Assembly: GCA_036336685.1 (NCBI GenBank)
Contig: JAYZFO010000006.1
Span: forward strand, 5,289 to 69,288
DNA: 64,000 nucleotides
Reading direction: 5' to 3'
Origin: Pseudomonadota bacterium
Lineage (GTDB): Bacteria > Pseudomonadota > Alphaproteobacteria > MPNO01 > UBA830
This document shows, piece after piece, positions 53,920-64,000 of this stretch (its first letter is position 1; each line of letters starts with the position of its first letter). Position numbers and translations under genes: made by a program. A model generated the notes under the pieces. That model saw only the letters and a list, made by a program, of their open reading frames with translations. It had not been told where the DNA came from and searched no databases.

Positions 53920-54915
53920 TCATTGTATAAAGCCCACGATTTCACTAATTTCTCGTAAAATAGGTTCAGCAATTGCGCGCGCACGGTCCGCCCCTTTAGC
54001 CAATATCTGGTCAATATTATCAGGATCGGCCATTAAACGCCTCATCTCATCTGAAATTGGCCCCAGTTTTTCAATGGCAAGGTCGGCAAGAGCCGGTTTG
54101 AAGATTCCAAAACCCCGCCCACCAAACTCCCCGAGAACATCTGTCGAGGTTCGTCCTTCTAATGCTGCATAAATACCCACGAGGTTTGCCGCCTCCGGGC
54201 GCCCCTCCAATCCTGCAGGTTCCGAAGGTAATACATCAGAGTCTGTCTTAGCACGGCGAAACTTTTTAGCGATCTCTTCAGCACTATCGGAAAAAGTAAT
54301 CCGCGTTAAATCGGAAGGATCCGATTTTGACATTTTTTTCGTACCATCTCGCAAATTCATAACGCGCGTTGCTTCCCCTAATATAAGCGGCTCCACGGGA
54401 ACAAAAAATTCCACGCCAAAATCGTTGTTAAATTTTTGCGCAATATCTCGGGTAAGTTCTAAGTGTTGTTTTTGATCTTCACCGACGGGTACATGGGTGG
54501 CCTTATAAGCTAAGATATCGGCCGCCATTAAATTTGGGTACGCATACAAACCCACTGATGCATTTTCGCGTTTACTACCCGCCTTTTCTTTGAACTGGGT
54601 CATCCTATTCAACCATCCGAGTCGCGCGACACAGTTAAAAATCCATGCAAGTTGGGCGTGAACGGCGACTTGGCTTTGGTTAAAAATAATACTTTGATCG
54701 GGGTTAATGCCGGCCGCGATAAATGCTGCAGTGACTTCTCTAGTGTTGGCTGCAAGCTCTTTGGGATCCTGCCAAACTGTAATAGCGTGCAAATCTACTA
54801 CACAATATATACAAGAGTTGTCTTCCTGTAGCGCAACAAAATTCCGAATCGCACCTAAGTAGTTTCCAAGGTGAAGATTGCCAGTCGGTTGCACGCCCGA
54901 AAAGATACGATCCAT
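53920..54915 (-). CDS. trpS: Tryptophan--tRNA ligase
   Basis: HIGH-like GNYLG and KMSKS motifs. Probable start is MDRIFSG. Confidence 0.95.
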   Translation of the reverse strand: MDRIFSGVQPTGNLHLGNYLGAIRNFVALQEDNSCIYCVVDLHAITVWQDPKELAANTREVTAAFIAAGINPDQSIIFNQSQVAVHAQLAWIFNCVARLGWLNRMTQFKEKAGSKRENASVGLYAYPNLMAADILAYKATHVPVGEDQKQHLELTRDIAQKFNNDFGVEFFVPVEPLILGEATRVMNLRDGTKKMSKSDPSDLTRITFSDSAEEIAKKFRRAKTDSDVLPSEPAGLEGRPEAANLVGIYAALEGRTSTDVLGEFGGRGFGIFKPALADLAIEKLGPISDEMRRLMADPDNIDQILAKGADRARAIAEPILREISEIVGFIQ

Positions 54916-54955
54916 AGCGCGTTCCCTTGATTGCAGATTGCGCGCGGTTATCGCC

Positions 54956-56506
54956 TTAACGCGCGGAGCGGTCAAGCATCTGCTTTAAATCGGACAATTT
55001 AGCTGCACCAAATAGTATTGCAGCCCCAGAAAAAACAAAAATACCGCTTCCAACTATGACTGCTAAGGAAAACCATTGCCACCATCCATTTTGGGCGCCT
55101 AAATGTACCATGGCCGCGACACTAATTTCCACCACAACAACCATTAAGCCGACTGCCAAAAGCACCCGAGGCACGACCTTTTTTAGCCGAACGTCAATTT
55201 CAAAATGACCGCGCCGGATAAGTATAAATAGAAGCAGAAAGGCATTTATCCAGGCGGATATAGCCGTCGCAAGAGCAATCCCCACATGCAAGAACGGTCC
55301 CATAAGAAGTAAATTCAGACCCAAATTCAGGGCAACACAAAACGCACCTACTTTCACTGGTGTAACCGTATCCTCTCGAGCAAAAAACCCTGGCCCTAGG
55401 GTCTTTATTAACACATAGGCCGGAAGACCCGCGGCATAAGCAATTAGCGCTTTAGCCGTGGCAAATGTTTCAACATGTGAAAATTCACCTCGCTCAAAAA
55501 GCGTACTTATTATGGTCGTTGGAACGATCATCAGCGCGACTGCGGCAGGGAAAGTCAACAACAGCGCATATTCTATTCCACGATTTAAATTATATAGAGC
55601 AGCAACGGGATTATTTTCTCTTATCTGCCTAGTTAGCAATGGTAATAACGCCGTGCCGATAGCAACCCCTACAATACCGAGAGGTAATTGGCACACCCGA
55701 TCGGCAAAATATAAGAAAGAAATAGAACCACGTGGCAATAAAGAAGCGATAACGACATCAAGAAGCAAATTAATTTGAATAACACCCGCGCCAATAACAC
55801 CGGGTAACATTAGGGCGAGAAAACGCTTCACTCGATGTGTTAAGCGCGGAAACAACAAGCGTGGCTTGAAACCCTCCCGATGGCACGCAATGATCAACCA
55901 TAAAAACTGCCCAATACCTGCCGCCGCGACGCCCCAAGCTAATGCTTGGCCGCCTGCTTCGGCCGTGGAGGAAAAAGCTAGCAGCGCAAGGATCAAGCAA
56001 AGGTTGAGAATAATGGGTGCTGCGGCCACCGAAGCAAATCGGTTTAAGGCATTCAGAACACCACCAAGCTGAGAAACAATCGAGACAAATAGTAGATATG
56101 GAAAAGTAACTTGAGCCATCGCAATCGCAAGGTTAAAACGCTCCGGATCGGAGACAAAGCCGGGGGCAAGAATCATCATTACCCAGGGCATCGCTATTTG
56201 AAGGGCCGTAACAAAGAAAACAAGCGATATTACAAGTAATGCGAGCACCTCCTCAGCAAAAGCCGTCGCCTGTTCTTTGCCACCTTCAGCCATATGACGT
56301 GTAAAAAGAGGTACGAAAGCCGCATTAAAGGCTCCTTCGGCAAAAAGGCGGCGAAAAAAATTGGGTAGTTTAAACGCTACAAAAAAAGCGTCAGCGACAG
56401 GTCCCGCCCCTAAAGACGCTGCAATAAGGATATCGCGAATGAAGCCGAGGATTCGACTTATTAGTGTGTAACCACCGACAGTTGCTATTGAACGCATCAA
56501 GGGCAT
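54956..56506 (-). CDS. murJ: Lipid II flippase MurJ (MviN)
   Basis: 516 aa, 14-TM MOP superfamily, N-terminal [12 protein letters not shown]. Confidence 0.9.
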   Translation of the reverse strand: MPLMRSIATVGGYTLISRILGFIRDILIAASLGAGPVADAFFVAFKLPNFFRRLFAEGAFNAAFVPLFTRHMAEGGKEQATAFAEEVLALLVISLVFFVTALQIAMPWVMMILAPGFVSDPERFNLAIAMAQVTFPYLLFVSIVSQLGGVLNALNRFASVAAAPIILNLCLILALLAFSSTAEAGGQALAWGVAAAGIGQFLWLIIACHREGFKPRLLFPRLTHRVKRFLALMLPGVIGAGVIQINLLLDVVIASLLPRGSISFLYFADRVCQLPLGIVGVAIGTALLPLLTRQIRENNPVAALYNLNRGIEYALLLTFPAAVALMIVPTTIISTLFERGEFSHVETFATAKALIAYAAGLPAYVLIKTLGPGFFAREDTVTPVKVGAFCVALNLGLNLLLMGPFLHVGIALATAISAWINAFLLLFILIRRGHFEIDVRLKKVVPRVLLAVGLMVVVVEISVAAMVHLGAQNGWWQWFSLAVIVGSGIFVFSGAAILFGAAKLSDLKQMLDRSAR

Positions 56507-56586
56507 GGTTACAACGTTTTTATTCCATCCATTTTAATCAAAGGAACAAGCTAATCCTCTCGGGGTTTTTAATATTAAATAATAGT

Positions 56587-59373
56587 CTATTCCGCTGCAG
56601 AAATTTGTCTCTCAGTGTTAGCGGGGTGATCAACAGGCAGGGATTGGTCGGTACTACTAATAACAGCCAGCAAATCTTGATGAATCTGTTCTAATTTAGC
56701 GTCATTTGCGATCTTTAGGCCAAACACATCCTTAACATAAAAAACGTCAACCGCTTTTTCACCAAAAGTAGTAATGTGTGCCGATCCTATTTGTAGATTA
56801 AGCGCTGAAATCACCCGTGTTAAGTCATACAAGAAACCTGACCTATCACGTCCATTCACTTCTATTACCGTATGCGTAAGGCTTGCATCGTTATCAATTA
56901 TGACCCGAGGGGCAACCTTGAATACCCTCGCGCGGCTAGATAACTCTCTGCTCTTTTTTAATTCCTCTTTCGGCCGTAACTGGCCCGACAAAGTCTGTTC
57001 AATATGCGTATGGAGGCGGGTCAAATTTTCGTTGCCATCAAATACTCCGCCATTATCGTCTTGCACCCAAAACGTATCAAGCGCCATACCATCAGTCGTG
57101 GTGAATATCTTGGCGTCGACGATGTTTGCTCCCGTTATCGCCATCGCTCCTGCAATACGGGAAAACAAGCCGGGATGGTCTACAGCAAAAATAGTCACTT
57201 CAGTAACACCCTTAGACAAATCGACCCTACTCTTTATCGTTAACTTCGCCGAATTAAAATCGGCTTCGTGTGCTATCCGAGCGTGTCGAGCATGGGTATC
57301 AGGATCAAATGAGAGCCAATACGAGGGATAACCGCGGGCAAGATGGGCGCTGATTGCTTCCGCAGGTAGGTCACCCAACAATTGGCGCATCTGCTCCTTG
57401 GCATGTTCTACCCTATTTTCTCTAGCGCTCGCAGAATAGCCCCCTGCCAGTCGTTCGCTGGCCGCCTCAAACAGATCCCCTAGAAGGGTTGCTTTCCAGG
57501 TATTCCAGACATTAGGCCCAACCGCCCGAATATCCGCTGCGGTGAGCACCAGCAATAGTCTCAAACGTTCTATAGATTGTACTAATTCACAAAAGTCGTC
57601 GATAGTTTGAGGGTCGTCAATATCTCTGCGAAAAGCTGTATTACTCATAACGAGATGGTAGCGGACCAACCATACTACTGTATCGGTTTCCTCCTCAGTA
57701 AGACCAAACCGAGGACAAAGCTCCAGAGCCACCTCACCGCCAAGGACAGAATGATCCCCTCCTCGCCCCTTAGCAATATCGTGCAGAAGTAGAGCCACAT
57801 ATAAAGCACGACGAGACTGGATCTGTTGCAAAGTTTTGGTCTGGACGGGCATGTCCTTCGCGAAAAGCCCGCTCTCAATTTTGTGCAGAACCCCAATTGC
57901 AAAGATCGTGTGCTCGTCAACAGTATAAACGTGGTACATATCGTGTTGCATTTGGGCAACAACGCGCCCAAAATCGGGGACGAAGCGACCAAATACCCCG
58001 GCCTCGTTAAGCCGACGGAGTGTTGTTTCCGGATCCTTTCCAGAAGTCAACATTTCAACAAATAAACGGTTAGCGACAGGATCTTCTCGAATTCTATCAA
58101 TAGCGCTGAGATTCCGAGTAATGGCCCGAAGTGCTTTTGGATGAATATCGAGACCTTCTGTTTGGGCAGTGTGGAAAATCTGTAAGATTCTTATAGGATC
58201 TTTATCTAATCGAACCCCGTCCATTGTTAGTCGGCTACCCTCAACAACGAACTCATTGACGGTCCGCCGAAAAATCCCGATGGAAGCGAGTCTAAATCGT
58301 GGCTTCCGTTGGTGTTCGGCCTCAAGTGCTGCACAGAATATTCGCGTAAGGTCGCCGATCTCTTTTGCTATCAAATAGTAGTGTTTCATAAATCTTTCGA
58401 CACCGCGGGCAGCAGTGCGATTTCGGTAACCGAGAAATTCGGCGATTTTTGGCTGTAAATCGAAAGTAAGCCGATCCTCGCCCCGGTTTGTTTGGTAATG
58501 CAAATGGCAGCGGACGTCCCACATAAATCGATGCGCACGACTAAAACGTCTAGATTCTTTATTGGTCAGAACGCCCCTATCCACGAGGTTTTCTACGGCA
58601 TCTACCTTGTAGAGGTGTTTGGCAATCCAATAGAGAGTCTGTAAGTCGCGAAGGCCGCCCTTACCTTGCTTAATATTAGGCTCCAGCACATACCTTGAGC
58701 TACCCATTTTTTCGTGTCTTGCATCCCGTTCGGCGAGCTTTTGTTCAACAAAATTAATGGCGCTTCCGTCAACCGCGTCTTTATAAAACCTTCGTCGCAA
58801 CTCGCTAAATAGCTTTCTCTCACCCCAAATATAACGAGCTTCCAACAGCGCTGTTCTAATTGTAATATCAGAGTTAGACATCCGCACACATTCATCGATG
58901 GACCGGGTGGCGTGTCCCACTTTAAGTTTCAAGTCCCACAACATGTACAAAATATATTCTATCACTTGTTCCTGACGGGGCGTCTCTTTGTACGGCAACA
59001 AAAATAATAGATCGACATCAGAGAACGGAGCTAACTCACCCCGCCCATAACCTCCTACAGCGCAGACAGACAGCCTTTCTCCCTCCGTCGGATTGGCTGC
59101 CGGATAAACGTGATCCGTTGCGAAGGTATAAATTGCCCGGACAAGTTGGTCGTTCAAAAAAGACAGCGCTTCGGCAACTTGTTCGCCTGTTGCCTCGCCG
59201 TCACTAAAACGTCGGCGCACTTCTGACTGACCCTGCTTTAAAGCTTTATTTAAAATAACATAAAAATCTTGACGAATTTCTTTCGGGCTTTGCCCAGCGG
59301 ACATCAGACTATCCACGTCACCTATAATTTTAGCGCGGTCAATGATTTGGCGTTGTTTAAAAATCGAGGGCAT
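56587..59373 (-). CDS. glnD: [Protein-PII] uridylyltransferase / uridylyl-removing enzyme
   Basis: Nucleotidyltransferase domain, HD domain and two C-terminal ACT domains; 928 aa. Confidence 0.9.
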   Translation of the reverse strand: MPSIFKQRQIIDRAKIIGDVDSLMSAGQSPKEIRQDFYVILNKALKQGQSEVRRRFSDGEATGEQVAEALSFLNDQLVRAIYTFATDHVYPAANPTEGERLSVCAVGGYGRGELAPFSDVDLLFLLPYKETPRQEQVIEYILYMLWDLKLKVGHATRSIDECVRMSNSDITIRTALLEARYIWGERKLFSELRRRFYKDAVDGSAINFVEQKLAERDARHEKMGSSRYVLEPNIKQGKGGLRDLQTLYWIAKHLYKVDAVENLVDRGVLTNKESRRFSRAHRFMWDVRCHLHYQTNRGEDRLTFDLQPKIAEFLGYRNRTAARGVERFMKHYYLIAKEIGDLTRIFCAALEAEHQRKPRFRLASIGIFRRTVNEFVVEGSRLTMDGVRLDKDPIRILQIFHTAQTEGLDIHPKALRAITRNLSAIDRIREDPVANRLFVEMLTSGKDPETTLRRLNEAGVFGRFVPDFGRVVAQMQHDMYHVYTVDEHTIFAIGVLHKIESGLFAKDMPVQTKTLQQIQSRRALYVALLLHDIAKGRGGDHSVLGGEVALELCPRFGLTEEETDTVVWLVRYHLVMSNTAFRRDIDDPQTIDDFCELVQSIERLRLLLVLTAADIRAVGPNVWNTWKATLLGDLFEAASERLAGGYSASARENRVEHAKEQMRQLLGDLPAEAISAHLARGYPSYWLSFDPDTHARHARIAHEADFNSAKLTIKSRVDLSKGVTEVTIFAVDHPGLFSRIAGAMAITGANIVDAKIFTTTDGMALDTFWVQDDNGGVFDGNENLTRLHTHIEQTLSGQLRPKEELKKSRELSSRARVFKVAPRVIIDNDASLTHTVIEVNGRDRSGFLYDLTRVISALNLQIGSAHITTFGEKAVDVFYVKDVFGLKIANDAKLEQIHQDLLAVISSTDQSLPVDHPANTERQISAAE

Positions 59374-59439
59374 TGCTTTGCCTTTGCATCAAGATCGAGG
59401 ACTAATATAAACTATCCTTTCTAATAATCCGACCATGCT

Positions 59440-62160
59440 TTAATCAGTGAATAATTCCTTTAATTGATATAACAGATTGAGCGCTTCCCGGGGCGATAAT
59501 GCGTCGGGGGTTACATCACAAAGTACCTTCTCGACGGCTGACTGCTTACTAGGGGGCGACGGTGGCGGCTTAACCGAAAATAGTGGCAGATTATCTGATA
59601 GTTTTCCTAATCCTCCCGACTGATCTTCCTCCTCTAAAATTTTCAAAACTTCCCGAGAGCGAGCAATCACACTAGGTGGCAAACCCGCCAACTTAGCGAC
59701 GTGAATCCCGTAGGAGCGGTCAGCTACGCCAGTGGCAACTTCGTGTAAAAAAATCACTTCTCCCTTCCATTCCTTAACACGCATCGTGTAGCAGGCCATT
59801 GCCTCTAAGCGGGAAGTCAGGGAGGTAAGTTCCTGAAAATGCGTGGCAAACAAAGTTCTACAGCCATTCACTTCGTGTAAGTGTTCAAGCGTTGCCCAGG
59901 CGATTGATAAGCCGTCAAATGTAGCTGTGCCCCTACCGATTTCATCCAAAATAACCAACGACCGATTAGTAGCCTGGTTCAAAATTGTTGCCGTTTCCAC
60001 CATCTCCACCATGAAAGTGGACCGGCCGCGCGCGAGGTCATCAGAGGCACCTACACGGCTGAATAACCTATCAACAACCCCGATGTGAGCATTCTCCGCC
60101 GGAACAAACGACCCAATTTGAGCAAGTATAGCCATGAGAGCATTTTGCCTTAGGAACGTTGATTTTCCAGCCATATTAGGACCGGTGAGCAACCAAAGTT
60201 TTTGCGTATCGGTAAAAAAACAGTCGTTTGATACAAACTCGTCTACTTGGGTTCCAGACACCGCAGTCTCTACAATGGGGTGGCGTCCCCCAGTTATCGC
60301 AAATGTGTGGCTGTCATCAACAGTCGGACAAACATACGAATTTTCACTTGCCAACAAAGCCAACGCTGCAGACACGTCGAGGACAGCGAGGCTGCGTGCT
60401 ACCATTGTGATTTCTTGCCCCTGTTCAAGGACTCTATCTACTAACTTAACAAACAACTCATTTTCAAGCGCAAGGGCGCGCTCGCCAGCCTGTGCCAGAC
60501 GTCCCTGCAATTCCCCCAATTCCACCGTGGTAAAACGTTGAGAATTCGTGAGAGTTTGACGATGAATAAATATACTGTCAGTTGAGGTCGGCATATTTGC
60601 CGATTGGGCCGTTGTAATTTCAACAAAATAACCCAACACATTGTTGTGACGAATCTTTAAAGACGAAATCCCCGTTTCATTAACGTAGCGCACCTGCAGC
60701 CGAGCGATATGCTTCCTGCTCTTGTCTCTCAGTCCTCGTAGTTCATCTAATTCCTTGTTATAACCGGCCCGGATAAACCCTCCGTCCCTCACTAATAAAG
60801 GCAGCTCTGTTTCCAGCGCTTGGGTTAGTTCCGCGATTAGGTCAATTTCCAGGGTTAAGTGCTTTCGTGCCTCAGTTATTTCCGAGGGTGTTTCGCCAGC
60901 CTCCGTCAAAATCGAAAATATTTTGCGTCCCACCTCCAACCCGCTTCGTATTGCGGAAATATCTCGGGGGCCTCCCCGACCCAGTGTGAGGCGCGTTTCA
61001 GCACGCTCAATATCTGACGCTTCGCGTAAAAAAGACCGGACGTCTTCACGACACAAAGTTTGATCGATAAACCACGACACAGTGTCATGCCGAGCCCTAA
61101 TATTTGCAACATCAGTTAGCGGCGCCGACAATCGAGCAGCCAGTAGCCTTCCGCCAACGGCTGATACCGTTCTATCAATCACAGATAATAGTGATCCCTC
61201 ATAGGCGCCGGTTGTCGTCCTGGTTAATTCAAGATTAACCCGTGTAGCAGGATCTATCTCCAAGGTGTCTTCTCTGCAAACTCTCTGTGGTCGCCGGAGC
61301 GGGGGCATCCGACCTTTTTGGGTCAACTTTATATATGTGACTATTGCACCACACGCTGAAACCTCGGCGCGTCCAAAATCACCAAAAGCATCTATGGTTT
61401 TGACGGAGTATAAAATTTCTAGCTCTCGCCTTGCAGATGCACTGTCAAAGTAGTTATTCGCCCGGATTGTTAGACCGTCACACAGCTCACAAAAAACCCC
61501 CATATATTCAGGTCGGCTCGCGAGCTTTTCAGATAACAGTAACTCCTCTGGAGAAATTTGCGCCAACGCCGCGGCCAATCCTTCTTCTTTTAGAGTTTGC
61601 GAATAAAATGAGCCCGTCGACATATCAACCCAAGCGAGGCCTAAATCACCGCGCACTTCGGAAACCGCCGCCAAGTAGTTGTTAGATCGCGCATCGAGAA
61701 GATTGTCTTCCGTTATAGTGCCCGGGGTAACCAAACGCACGACCTCTCGCCTTACGATCGATTTTGGGCCACGCTTCTTTGCTTCCGACGGATCTTCGGT
61801 TTGCTCGCAAACAGCCACCCGAAAGCCTTTTTGTATTAAACGCGCTAGATACGATTCTGCCGCGTGGACAGGTACACCGCACATAGGAACATCAACACCG
61901 TCATGTTTGCCCCGCTTTGTAAGCGTAATGTCTAATGCTTCAGCCGCTTGTTCAGCATCAGTGAAAAACATTTCGTAAAAATCGCCCATCCGAAAGAAAA
62001 GCAAAGCGTCGGGATTTGAATTCTTTATTTCATGATATTGTGCCATCATGGGCGTAACAGGCGTACTTAGGGCCACCGATGGACTTTTAATGGAGTTAGG
62101 CGGCAAATCGGTCACAGAGGATATCTTGGCAACATCTTTCACATAACAAAAGTAACACAA
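59440..62160 (-). CDS. mutS: DNA mismatch repair protein MutS
   Basis: PMMAQYHEIK mismatch-binding N-terminus; Walker A GPNMAGKST; C-terminal dimerisation region. True start is probably ~37 codons inside the listed ORF. Confidence 0.95.
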   Translation of the reverse strand: MCYFCYVKDVAKISSVTDLPPNSIKSPSVALSTPVTPMMAQYHEIKNSNPDALLFFRMGDFYEMFFTDAEQAAEALDITLTKRGKHDGVDVPMCGVPVHAAESYLARLIQKGFRVAVCEQTEDPSEAKKRGPKSIVRREVVRLVTPGTITEDNLLDARSNNYLAAVSEVRGDLGLAWVDMSTGSFYSQTLKEEGLAAALAQISPEELLLSEKLASRPEYMGVFCELCDGLTIRANNYFDSASARRELEILYSVKTIDAFGDFGRAEVSACGAIVTYIKLTQKGRMPPLRRPQRVCREDTLEIDPATRVNLELTRTTTGAYEGSLLSVIDRTVSAVGGRLLAARLSAPLTDVANIRARHDTVSWFIDQTLCREDVRSFLREASDIERAETRLTLGRGGPRDISAIRSGLEVGRKIFSILTEAGETPSEITEARKHLTLEIDLIAELTQALETELPLLVRDGGFIRAGYNKELDELRGLRDKSRKHIARLQVRYVNETGISSLKIRHNNVLGYFVEITTAQSANMPTSTDSIFIHRQTLTNSQRFTTVELGELQGRLAQAGERALALENELFVKLVDRVLEQGQEITMVARSLAVLDVSAALALLASENSYVCPTVDDSHTFAITGGRHPIVETAVSGTQVDEFVSNDCFFTDTQKLWLLTGPNMAGKSTFLRQNALMAILAQIGSFVPAENAHIGVVDRLFSRVGASDDLARGRSTFMVEMVETATILNQATNRSLVILDEIGRGTATFDGLSIAWATLEHLHEVNGCRTLFATHFQELTSLTSRLEAMACYTMRVKEWKGEVIFLHEVATGVADRSYGIHVAKLAGLPPSVIARSREVLKILEEEDQSGGLGKLSDNLPLFSVKPPPSPPSKQSAVEKVLCDVTPDALSPREALNLLYQLKELFTD

Positions 62161-62312
62161 TGAGCGGCTCGCACGGAGAATCAGTTCAAAAATATTCTGA
62201 AAGCAAAAGGAAACACGGCCCCCATTACCAAGTAAAAATTGCGCCTGGTGAACGATTTTCGGTTCTAGACCCCAAGGAGTGACGCCGGAACTGCAGTGCT
62301 ATAAAAAACTAG

Positions 62313-63578
62313 TCATGTAAATATACCCTTAAGCATAAAGAAAAATGCCGCAGCGAGAAAACCGCCCGCCGGTAAAGTTACAATCCAAGAAAGAAATATA
62401 CTCCCGATTACCCGGAGATCGAGCGCCGCAATGCCGCGGGCGAGCCCAACGCCCATAACTGCTCCAACCGCAATGTGGGTTGTAGACACCGGCATCGCTG
62501 TCCGCGAGGCAATCACAACCGTGAGGGCAGCACTGACAGTAGCACAAAAACCACTAGTGGGCGTTAGAGACGTTATTCGGCTACCAATCGTGCGCATTAC
62601 TCTGTAGCCGTATGTAGCAAGGCCTAACACTATTCCAGCCCCTCCGAGTGCTAAAATCCACGTAGGCATTGGCAGGTGCTGGGCCACTTCGCCACCGGTT
62701 TGAATTAATCCGTACACAGCAGCCAATGGTCCGACACCGTTCGCAACATCATTTGAACCGTGTGCGAATGCCATCGCGCAAGCAGTAAATACAATCATGG
62801 GTGCGAACACTCTCTCAACGCCGGCCGTCATGTCGTCTGCGCCAAAATTTTCATTGGCTGTCGCGCGCCCAACGGCACGCTTTCCAATTAAGGCAGTAAT
62901 TAGGCCAATTGCTGCCGCCACCGCGGTGCTTTCTATGCCATTAAGATCTATATCGAGATGTTTTAAACCCTTAAAAATAGTCACAAGTGATATCACAAAG
63001 CCGACTAGAAAAAGGTAGTAAGGTGCATATCGCACCGCACTAAAAAACGGATTATCCGATTTTAAAATTAGCCTCTGTATACTAAGCATCAACACAAAGG
63101 CTATCCCCCCGCCGAGAACGGGCGAAACGACCCAGCTTGCCACAATTTGGCTTATCTTGCTCCAGTTGACGGCCTCAACGCCAATACCGGCGACCGCAAA
63201 ACCAACAATAGCACCAACGATAGAATGGGTAGTGGAAACCGGCCAACCACGGGTTGATGCGAGTGCAAGCCAGCACCCAGCGGCGAGGAGTGCCGCAAGC
63301 ATTCCAAAGATAAGCAGTTCAGGACTGTCGGATATTAACTCCGGATCAATAATACCTTTACGAATTGTTTTAGTAACACTACTACCGGCAAGGCTCGCGC
63401 CGGCAAATTCAAATATTGCCGCAACGATAATCGCTGTCTTTACGGTTAGCGCGCCAGACCCTACAGACGTACCTAACGCATTGGCAACATCGTTCGCACC
63501 AATACCCCAGGTCATAAAAACGCCAAATATTATTGCAAGAATTAAGAGCGTAGATCCATGAAGAGCAATGAGTTCCAT
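62313..63578 (-). CDS. pit: PiT-family inorganic phosphate transporter
   Basis: Duplicated GANDVANA/GSNDVANG PiT signature; 421 aa. Confidence 0.9.
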   Translation of the reverse strand: MELIALHGSTLLILAIIFGVFMTWGIGANDVANALGTSVGSGALTVKTAIIVAAIFEFAGASLAGSSVTKTIRKGIIDPELISDSPELLIFGMLAALLAAGCWLALASTRGWPVSTTHSIVGAIVGFAVAGIGVEAVNWSKISQIVASWVVSPVLGGGIAFVLMLSIQRLILKSDNPFFSAVRYAPYYLFLVGFVISLVTIFKGLKHLDIDLNGIESTAVAAAIGLITALIGKRAVGRATANENFGADDMTAGVERVFAPMIVFTACAMAFAHGSNDVANGVGPLAAVYGLIQTGGEVAQHLPMPTWILALGGAGIVLGLATYGYRVMRTIGSRITSLTPTSGFCATVSAALTVVIASRTAMPVSTTHIAVGAVMGVGLARGIAALDLRVIGSIFLSWIVTLPAGGFLAAAFFFMLKGIFT

Positions 63579-63614
63579 TCAATCAATCAATTTCTTGTAC
63601 CAAAAAAAGGGAGC

Positions 63615-64000
63615 TTAACGAGCAAGCAAGAGCCGGTGCCGATTTCCAGCACGTTCTGCAAAATTAGCTAAATCACCAATCCAGTGGATTACTCGATCCC
63701 ACATAATAGTTGACACTGCTCCTATTTCCTCTTCGTGTTCGAAAAGAATTTTCATCAGGTTAACCGCGTGTCTATCGGTTTCGGTTTCGATTTTGTTAAG
63801 CTCGTCGATCATATACATGACTTTGTCCGCCTCAGGGCCTCGAAAGCCAACACTGACAAGCTGATCCATCTCTTCCATTATACTGCCTAATTGATTGCAG
63901 GCATCCACACACCTGTTGGTAAGATCCATGAGTGGTGCATGCATTAAATCGGGCAACTTCATGTCGCGGACCACCATCATTCCAGCAATATCCTGTGCCG
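63615..64000 (-). CDS. Partial CDS (C-terminal part; N-terminus lies beyond the window end): PhoU-like DUF47/TIGR00153 phosphate-transport regulator paired with PiT
   Basis: Reading frame open to the window edge; helical PhoU-like repeat; conserved position upstream of pit. Confidence 0.65.
   Translation of the reverse strand, partial: AQDIAGMMVVRDMKLPDLMHAPLMDLTNRCVDACNQLGSIMEEMDQLVSVGFRGPEADKVMYMIDELNKIETETDRHAVNLMKILFEHEEEIGAVSTIMWDRVIHWIGDLANFAERAGNRHRLLLAR

Overview
The window is a 64-kb chromosomal segment from an alphaproteobacterium, Rhizobiales-like by gene content and synteny, with moderate GC. Almost every gene is on the minus strand. It holds the replication-initiation cluster rpsT-[rhodanese]-dnaA-dnaN-recF-gyrB, the rimP-nusA-infB-rbfA-truB-rpsO-pnp operon, trmB-metK, lnt-corC-ybeY-phoH-miaB, olsBA (ornithine lipid), rimI-tsaB, trpS-murJ-glnD-mutS and pit plus a PhoU-like gene. 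I found no tRNA, rRNA, CRISPR array, IS element or prophage signature. The regions with accessory character are listed here. (1) A rubrerythrin / HdrD-like Fe-S protein / DUF3501-like cluster next to an Irr-like Fur regulator and an NMO/FabK-like flavoprotein. (2) A tightly packed TauE/SafE exporter - alphaproteobacterial TM protein - USP - Rieske operon. (3) A MoeB/ThiF E1-like gene translationally coupled to a DsrE/TusD-like gene. (4) A single-domain rhodanese placed 4 nt upstream of dnaA. (5) A MucR/Ros homolog with a degenerate zinc site, divergent from a TusA-like gene. (6) A cell-wall trio: D-Ala-D-Ala dipeptidase, polysaccharide deacetylase and Bax-type glucosaminidase. A recurring theme is isolated sulfur-trafficking modules: rhodanese, MoeB, DsrE-like, TusA-like and TauE. 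The ORF track uses TTG and GTG as starts in places. Several true starts are probably internal to the listed ORFs, and I adjusted coordinates where this could be judged by eye.
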